DNA from: Squalus acanthias
Taxonomy: Eukaryota
NCBI GenBank assembly: GCA_030390025.1
Contig: CM059432.1
Span: forward strand, 33,110,001-33,174,000
Length of the DNA stretch: 64,000 nucleotides
Reading direction: 5' to 3'
Position numbers and translations under genes: made by a program
In this document: one piece after another, positions 58,076-64,000 of the stretch
How positions within the stretch are numbered: position 1 is the stretch's first letter
Layout: every line of letters begins with the position of its first letter
The notes under the pieces: generated by a model
What the model saw: the letters and a program-made list of their open reading frames with translations, nothing else
Databases searched by the model: none
Told to the model about the DNA's origin: nothing

Positions 58076-61040
58076 AAACATAGAAACATAGAAGATAGGA
58101 GCAGGAGTAGGCCATTCGGCCCTCTAGCCCGCTCCGCCATTCAATGCGATCATGGCTGATCATCCAAATTCAGAACCCTGTCCCTGCTTTCTCCCCATAT
58201 CCCTTGATCCCTATAGCCTTAAGAAATATATCCAACTCCTTCTTGAATATATTTAATGAATTGGCCTCTACTGCCTTCTGTGGTAGAGAATTCCACAGGT
58301 TCACCACTCTCTGGGTGAAGAAATTCCTCCTCATTTCTGTCCTAAATGGCTTACCCCTTAGACTGTGACCCCTGGTTCTGGACTCCCCGACCGTCGGGAA
58401 CATCCTTCCTGCATCTAGTCTGTCCAGTCCTTTCAGAATTTTATAAGTTTCAATGAGATCCCCTCTCATTCTTCTAAACTCTAGCGAGTATAAGCCCAAT
58501 CGACCCAATCTCGCCTCATACGTCATTCCTGCCATCCCAGGTATCAGCCTGGTGAATCTTCGCTGCACTCCTTCCATGGCAAGAACATCCTTCCTCAGAT
58601 AAGGCGACCAAAACTGCAGATGTGGTCTCACCAAGGCCCTGTACAACTGCAGCAAGACATCCTTGTTCCTGTACTCAAACCCTCTCGCTACGAAGGCCAA
58701 CATACCATTTGCCTTCTTAACCGCCTGCTGCACCTGCATGCTTACCTTCAGCGACTGGTGCACAAGGACACCCAGGTCTCGTTGCACTTCCCCTTCTCCC
58801 AATCTATTGCCATTCAGATAATAATCTGCCTTCCTGTTTTTGACACCAAAGTGGATAACCTCGCATTTATCCACATTATATTGCATCTGTCACGCTTCTG
58901 CCCAATCACCCAACCTGTCCAAATCATTCTGGAGTTTCTCGGCATCCTCCTCACAGCACACGCCCACCCAGCTTTGTGTCGTCTGCAAACTTGGCGATAT
59001 TACATCTAGTTCCCTTGTCTAGATCATTAATATATATTGTGAATAGCTGGGGTCCAAGAACCAATCCCTGCGGTACCCCACTAGTCACTGCCTGCCACTC
59101 GGAAAAAGACCCATTCATTCCAACTCTTTGCTTTCTGTCTGCCAACCAGTTCTCTATCCAAGTCAATACCTTGCCCCCAATCCCATGTGCCTTAACTTTA
59201 TATGCTAATCTCTTATGCGGGACCTTATCGAAAGCCTTTTGAAAGTCCAAATACACCACATCCACTGCTTCTCCCTTATTTATTTTCCCAGTTACATCTT
59301 CAAAAAATTCCAGCAGATTAGTCAAGCACGATTTACCTTTTGTAAAACATGTTGACTTTGTCCGATCCTGTCACTGTTTTCCAAGTGCTCTGCTATTACA
59401 TCTTTTATAATGGACTCTAGCATTTTCCCCACTACCGATGTCAGGCTTACCAGTCTGTAATTCCCCGTTTTCTCTCTACCACCTTTTTTGAATAGTGGGG
59501 TAACATTAGCTACCCTCCAATCCATGGGTATTGTTCCAGATTCCATTGAATGTTGGAAGATGATCAGCAATGCATCTACTATTTCTAGGGCCACTTCCTT
59601 AAGTACCCTAGGATGTAGATTATCAGGCCCTGGGGATTTATCGGCCTTCAATTTCCCTAACACCATTTCCCTACAAATACTGATTTCTTTCAGTTCCTCC
59701 CTTTCATCAGACCCTATGTTCTTCAACATCTCTGGGAGGTTATTTGTGTCCTCCTTTGTGAAGACAGAACCAAAATATGTATTTAATTGGTCTGACATTT
59801 CTTTGTTCCCCATTGTAAGTTCCCCTGATTCTGACTGCAAGGGACCTATGCTTGATTTCACTAATCTTTTTCTCTTCACATATCTATAAAAGCTTTTACA
59901 GTCAGTTTTATGTTCCCTGCAAGCTTACTCTCGTATTCTATTTTCCCCTTCTTAATTAATCCCTTTGTCCTCCTTTGTTGAATCTTAAACTGCTCCCAAT
60001 CCTCAGGGTTACTGCTTTTTCTGGCCAATTTATATGCCCTCTCCTTGGATCTTATGCTATCCCTAATTTCCCTTGTTAGCCAGGGTTGAGTCACCCTTTT
60101 TGTTTTATTCTTATGCCAAACTGGGATGAACAAATTCTGTAGTTCGTCCATGCGGTCTTTGAATGTTTGCCATTGCCTATCCACCGTCAACCCTTTGAGT
60201 GACAGTCCCCAATCAATCCTACCCAACTCGCACCTCATACCATCGTAGTTTCCTTTATTTAAATTCAGGACCCTAGTCTCTGAGTCAACTACTTCAGTCT
60301 CCATCCTAATGAAGAATTCGATCATATTATCGCTCCGACCCAAGGGGCCTCGCACAACAAGATTGCTAATTAATCCTTTCTCATTGCATAATACCCAGTC
60401 TAAGGTGGCTTGATCTCTGGTTGGTTCCTCGACATATTGGTCCAGGAAACCATCCCGTAAACATTCCAGGAATTCCTCCTCCATAGTATTGTTACTAATT
60501 TGGTTAGCCCAATCTATATGTAGATTAAAGTCACCCATGATGACTGCTGTGCCCTTATTGCACGCTTCTCTAATTTCCCTTTTAATGCCATCCCCAACCT
60601 CCGCATTACTGTTTGGAGGTCTATATATCACTCCCACTAACGTTTCCTGCCCCTTGTTATTTCTCAGTTCAACCCATACAGATTCCACATCATCAGAGCT
60701 AATATCCTTCCTTTCAATTGTGTTAATCCCCTCTTTAACCAGCAATGCTACCCCACCTCCCTTTCCTTTTTGCCTATCTTTCCTGAATATTGAGTACCCC
60801 TGGATGTTGAGTTCCCAGCCTTGGCCACCCTGGAGCCATGTTTCGGTAATCCCAATCAAATCATATTCGTTTACCTCTATTTGCGCAGCTAATTCATCCA
60901 CCTTGTTCCGAATGCTCCTTGCATTAAGACACAAAGCCTTCAGACTTGTTTGTTTAACGCTCTTAGACCTATTAGAATTAGTATTCATTGAAAACCATAC
61001 CCACGTTCTCTGCCTCCACACACGTTACCTTTTTGGTCTC
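58076..61040 (-). mobile_element. CR1 LINE with nearly complete ORF2 (few frameshifts) and 3' tail
   Basis: [57 protein letters not shown]; tail ctatgtttct repeats. Confidence 0.93.
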
Positions 61041-61209
61041 TAATAGACCCTACTCTTTCCTTGGTTATTCTCTAGCTCTTTATGTATTTATAAAACATTT
61101 TTGGGTTTTCCTTAATTAAACTTGCCAACATTTTTTCATGCCCTCTCTTTGCTTACCTAATTTCCTTTTTAATTTCATCCTTGCACTTCCTATACTCCTC
61201 TAGGCTTTT

Positions 61210-63288
61210 TAAAATTCATTCCTAGGATGTGAGCATCGCTGGCAAGGCCAACATTTATTGCCCATCCCTAATTGCCCTTGAGAAGGTGGTGGTGAACCAT
61301 CTTCTTGAACTGCTGCAGTCCTTGTGGTGAAGGTACTCCAATGGAGCTGTTAGGCAGGAAGTTCCAGGATTTTGACCCAGCGACTATAAAGGAACGGCGA
61401 TATACTTCCATGTCAGGGTGGTGTGTAACCTGGAGGGGAACTTGCAGGTGATGGTGTTCCCATGCTGGTCTTGTCCTTCTAGGTGGTAGAGGTCACGGGT
61501 TTGGAGTTGCTGATGAAGAAGCCTTGGTGAGTTGCTGCAGTGCATCTTGCAGATGGTGTAGACTGCAGCCACGGTACGCCAGTGGTGCAGGGAGTGAATG
61601 TTTAAGGTGGTCGATGGGGTGCCAATCAAGCGGGGGCTGCTTTGTCCTGGATGGTGATGAGCTTCTTGTGTTGTTGGAGCTGCACTCATCCCGGCAAGTG
61701 GATCACACTTTTGACTTGTGCCTTGTAGATGGTGGAAAGGCTTTGGGGAGTCAGGAGGTGAGACACTCGCTGCAGATAACCCAGCCTCTGACCTGCCCTT
61801 CGGGTCGCAGTATTTGTGGTTGGTCCAGTTAAGTTTCTGGTCAATGGTGACCCACAGGATGTGGATATTGGGGGATTTGGCGATGGTAATGTCGTTGAAT
61901 GTCAACGGGAGGTGGTTAGACTCTCGCTTGTTATAGATAGTTATTGCCTAGCACTTGTGTGGCGTGAATGTTACTTGCCACTTATCAGCCCAAGTTTGAA
62001 TGTTGTCCAGGTCGTCTTGTATGCGGGCATGGACTGTTTCATTATCTGAGGAGTTGCGAATGGAACTGAACACTCTGCAATCATCAGTGAACATCCCCAC
62101 TTCTGACCTTATGATGGAGGGAAGGTCATTGATGAAACAGCTGAAGATGGTTGGACCTAGGACACTGCCCTGAGGAACTCCTGCAGCGATGTCCTGGGGC
62201 TGAGATGATTGACCTCCAACCACCTCAACCATCTTCCTTTGTGCAAGGTATGACTTCAGCCAGTGGAAAGTTTCCCACTGACTTCAATTTTACTAGGGCT
62301 CCTTGATGCCAAACTCAGTCAAATGCTGCCTTGATGTCAAGGGCAGTCACTCTCACTTCACCTCTGGAATTCAGCTCTTTTGTCCATGTTTGGACCAATG
62401 TTGTAATGAGGTTTGGAGCCGAGTAGTCCTGACGGAATCCAAACTGGGCATCAGTGAGTAGGTTATTGGTGAGTAAGTGCCACTTGGAAGGTGTCATCGA
62501 CAATGCTATCATCACTTTGCTGATGATTGAGAGTAGACTGATGGGGTGGTAATTGGCTGGATTGGATTTGTCCTGCTTTTTGTGGACAGGACATACCTGA
62601 GCAATTTTCCACATTGTCAGGTAGATGCCAGTGTTGTAGCAGCTGTACTGGAACAGCTTGGCTAGAGGCGCGGCTATTTCTGGTGCGCAAGTCTTCAGCA
62701 CGACAGCCGGGATGTTGTCAGGGCCCACAGCCTTTGCAGTATCCAGTGCACTCAGCTGTTTCTTGATATCACGTGGAGTGAATCGAATTGGCTTGAAAAC
62801 TGGCTTCTGTGATGGTGGGGACCTCAGGAGGAGGCCGATATGGATTATCCATTCTACTTCTGGCTGAAGATAGTTGCAAATGCTTCAGCGTTGTCTTTTG
62901 CACTCGCGTGCTGGGCTCCACCATCATTGAGGATGGGGATATTCATGGAGCCTCTTCCTCCCATTAGTTGTTTAATGGTCCACCACCATTCACAACTGGA
63001 TGTGGCATAAATGTAGAGCTTTGATCTGATCCATTGGTTGTGGGATCGCTTAGCTCTGTCTATAGCATGCTGCTTCCGCATGTAGTCCTGTGTTGCAGCT
63101 TCCCCAGGTTGGCACCTCATTTTTAGGTATGCCTGGTGCTGCTCCTGGCATGCTCTTCTACACTTCTCATTGAACCAGTGTTGGTCCCCTGGCTTGGTGG
63201 TAATGGTAGAGTGAGGGATATGCCAGGCCATGAGGTTACAGATTATGGTGGTATACAATTCTGCTGCTGATGGCCCACAGCACCCAGT
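61210..63288 (-). mobile_element. CR1/L2-clade LINE, second family, RT and 3' end
   Basis: [55 protein letters not shown]. Confidence 0.9.
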
Positions 63289-64000
63289 TATAACCTTTCT
63301 ATAGTATTGAGCTCCCGGCATCTGACAAGTGTCCCTTTTTTTTCCCCCTTATCCTACCCTGTATGCTCCTTGACTTCCAGTGGGCTCTAATGAGAGTCCC
63401 ACCCTTTTTCTTTGTGGGAACATATTTGCTCTGGACCCTCCCTATGTCCTCCTTGAATGCCTCCCACTGCTCTGACACTGATTTACCTTCAAGTAGATGT
63501 TTCCAGTCCACTTTTGCTAAATCACATCTCAACTTAGTACCTTCCTCAATCAAGAACTTTTACATCTGGTCTATCTTTGTCCTTTTCCACAACTATGCTA
63601 AATCTAACTGAACTGTGATCACTACCACCAAAATACTCTCCCACTGATGCCCTTTCCACCTGCCCAGCTTCATTCCCTGGAACTAAGTCCAGAACCTCCC
63701 CCTCTCTTGTTGGGATTGTTATGTACTGGCTAAAAAAGTTCTCCTGAATACATTTTAAGAATTCTGCGCCCTCTTCTTCTTGCACTAATTCTAGTCGTTG
63801 AAATTCCCTTCTATTACTGCCCTATTGTTTTTGCACTTCAGAAATTTGCACACATTTACTGTTTGGGGGTCTATAGTACACTCCCAGCAGTGTGATTGCC
63901 CCTTTTTTGTTCTTCAGTTCAATCCATATGGCCTCATTTAATGATCCTTCTAACATATTATCCCTCCTCACAGCTGTAATTGTTTCCTTAACCAATATCA
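63289..64000 (-). mobile_element. CR1 LINE endonuclease-region fragment, continues past window
   Basis: FLKCIQENFFSQY..PTREGEVLDLV...GSDHSSVRF; host CR1 resumes at about 61040-61205. Confidence 0.85.

Overview
This 64 kb window is eukaryotic DNA made almost entirely of transposable elements, and I found no recognisable host exon. The repeat mix (CR1 LINEs, HE1/V-SINE, DeuSINE-type SINEs, Penelope elements, abundant PIF/Harbinger) points to a cartilaginous fish; this is an inference. It holds several PIF/Harbinger families, each with a DDE transposase and a convergent, intron-containing Myb/SANT-like gene, with TIRs and 3-bp TSDs. One copy (26829-31262) is essentially intact. There are two full-length Gypsy LTR retrotransposons: a frameshifted CsRn1-type element with a tRNA-Trp PBS, and an intact single-ORF element with near-identical LTRs. 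Also present are solo or truncated LTRs (one followed by a tRNA-Lys PBS), Penelope elements with minimal hammerhead ribozymes, and Tx1, CR1/L2 and hAT remnants. Three observations stand out. (1) The intact Gypsy has no tRNA PBS; instead an 11-nt segment is perfectly complementary to its own LTR (candidate self-priming), and its RT motif is YLDN. (2) Nearly all retroelements lie on the minus strand, as expected for a uni-strand piRNA-cluster-like TE trap or an intron of a plus-strand gene. (3) Insertions are nested several layers deep. Family names come from motif recognition only, with no database search, and boundaries of degraded fragments are approximate.
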